Origin: Phallusia mammillata
Taxonomy: Eukaryota
Direction of reading: 5' to 3'
DNA: 64,000 bases
Assembly (NCBI GenBank): GCA_965637545.1
Contig: OZ281495.1
Location: 27,404,001-27,468,000, forward strand
A program made the translations under genes and the position numbers. Each line of letters starts with the position of its first letter. Position 1 is the first letter of the stretch. Under the pieces are notes generated by a model that searched no databases, had not been told where the DNA came from, and saw only the letters and a program-made list of their open reading frames with translations. This document shows positions 62,091 through 64,000 of the stretch, piece by piece.

Positions 62091-63826
62091 AATAATATTT
62101 CTTGCTGTTTAGCTCGGATTTTTTTCTTTGCTGTTAAGCTCGGTCGACCTTCACACTAACTTCCAGGATTTGCTAAGATTCTTTGTTACCAGCAACCACT
62201 TCTTTGGAGGTTTATGGTACCAACTTAGGTCGGCCAATATTTGCTAAAACGGTAAAGTTGAAGTTTCAGATTGAAATATCGTAAATCATTTACTCTCGCT
62301 TACGCCTCGCCAAACATCGTTAAGAGCAATAAAAGCCTTATTTTTGGGGGTCCGGACCCCCCTTTTCAAAAGGTTGTGCGTAAATTAAATAGGCCCAAAT
62401 CGTTTAGTTTACCGCTACATAATAACAGGCAGTCGTTATCTCAAAGCCGCGAGGTTTTAATCCCTTGTATTCGCTTGTTATGTAACGCCAATTGTGACGT
62501 AACAAGGATTGGAGTTTTATGCGCTAACAATCGGAAAGTTACATTCCGACTGGGACGCTGGTGGTTAACTGCACTAAATGCAACGTATCAACCTGTTTTG
62601 CATTTTAAAAATGTAAAATGAGTAAAAAATGGATAAAAACGTTTAATGTTGTATTGTTTCGACCCGCCAAACACGTAATCGTTTGTCACGAACATTAGAT
62701 CGATGTTCATTGAATTTATGCCTTCTACAGTTACCAACTTTAGTGCATTATTGACATTGTGCAACTTCAGTCCTTCAGAATCTGTTCCCGGTGTTTTAAG
62801 CAACGATGTCGATTACCTGACGCTTATCGCTTATCTTGCAGCTGCAGTTTTGCTGAGTAAGCTAGATGGCAGCGGCGAAATCAGGAAACTACAAAGCTGT
62901 CGCGAAAATTATTTGTTATTTCTGTCAATTGGACGGATAGAGAAACCGCCCAAGTCGAATGTTGGATTAGGTTTCGGTCTTTTTTCGGTCAAAAAGTTGG
63001 CATCGTAAATAAGATTATTTAGTTACTACTTTTGTAACCGAAATTAGTTGGGTGATCCCGAAAATGGCCTAAGATTTTTGGGAAAGGAGGTTATCTTTTA
63101 CTAAATATAGTAAGCTTACCCAACCCTAACCACTATTATAGCGGGATCAACGCCCCTAACTTGGTATATACCAGGTCACCCTGCACTAACGGCTTGACGC
63201 TAAAGCCAAAGTTGAGATGGTCACACCGAAGAGGGCCTTAACTAAAACATGTTTAATAAAATATGCAAAGACAATAACGTTGGATTACGACAGTGGGACT
63301 TTCAAGGTTCCAATACAACACAACTGAACACAAAGCCACCACGTTTCCAAGCGCACACAGAGCACTGCCAAAAACACGAGGCCCAAGCGAGAACCTCGCA
63401 CGAAGTATGGCAGTCCTAAAGTTAAGTGATCTTGGCGGGGCGCGTCGACGTCCGAATCATTGGTGCGAGACAATAATTAATTAGGGAAAGAAATGTTGCG
63501 GCACGTGAGAATGTGTCATTTGCCAAATTACGGTAAGCCGTAAATACAAACATAAATAATTTCAAGTAAACACAAAATGTGCATGTATTTATAAATTAAA
63601 TATTATTAAATTGTAAACAATGTTAAATATCAACAAAGAATGTGGGAAATCAATAGAAACATAACAGTGAAGATACAGTAACAAACCATAGTAAACATTA
63701 ACTAACTTATTACAAGTGCACAAATAGGACAAAAAAGATTTAAACAATCAGTGATGTTGTACAGTAAAACAAACAATATAACAATGTGCGTACGCGCTCA
63801 TTACACTTTGTTTCTTTTGTCTAGTA

Positions 63827-63960
63827 TAGGGTTGCCATACGTCAGGATTTTCCCTGACATGTCAGGGAATTTAGTGTTTAAATCTGCGTCAGGGAGAAAT
63901 GTTAAAATGTACTTAAAAGTCAGGAATTTAAGAAAAAATATACACATATAGGCCTACTAT
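63827..63960 (+). mobile_element. Left end of a MITE (TAGGGTTGCCATAC...)
   Basis: TIR-like start related to 6312 and the D-intron elements; the other end is not seen in the window. Confidence 0.4.
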
Positions 63961-64000
63961 GAAATAATGTTCCAACGGAGAAAGTTTCTAGTAGTTAGCT

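Noticed and set aside
62588-63008. Overlapping ORFs as a neighbouring gene
   Set aside because: No recognisable motif or convincing splice pattern.

Overview
AT-rich eukaryotic (animal-like) genomic DNA with short GT-AG introns; the taxon cannot be determined from the sequence. The window is dominated by a tandem array of about 24 loci (22 recognisable genes or pseudogenes plus 2 tiny remnants) of one two-exon gene family I do not recognise. It encodes ~240-350 aa signal-peptide-less alpha/beta-hydrolase (lipase-like) proteins: oxyanion-like xGLGG, nucleophile elbow [C/A]-H-S-[H/Y]-G, NVExxND acid, [A/G]HxIxxY histidine and an invariant CxCC. I label four subfamilies A-D. A, B and C repeat as a <-A <-B C-> cassette from ~0.4 to 34.5 kb. 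D copies (39.9-62 kb) carry a large Cys-rich insert. Nine copies look fully intact, one has a tail frameshift, one has an in-frame deletion of the catalytic Ser, one has a single in-frame TGA, and the rest are pseudogenes or remnants. Also present: a 12-13 bp TSD-flanked insertion with an 84-bp perfect inverted repeat carrying two complete type I hammerhead ribozymes (7.7-8.1 kb), three exons of a GT10 alpha-1,3-fucosyltransferase-like gene (53.2-54.1 kb), a degraded RTE-type LINE inside a D gene, many hAT-type MITEs with 8-bp TSDs (some nested), tRNA-derived SINE-like repeats and a ~129-bp tandem repeat. All calls are by eye; no searches were run.
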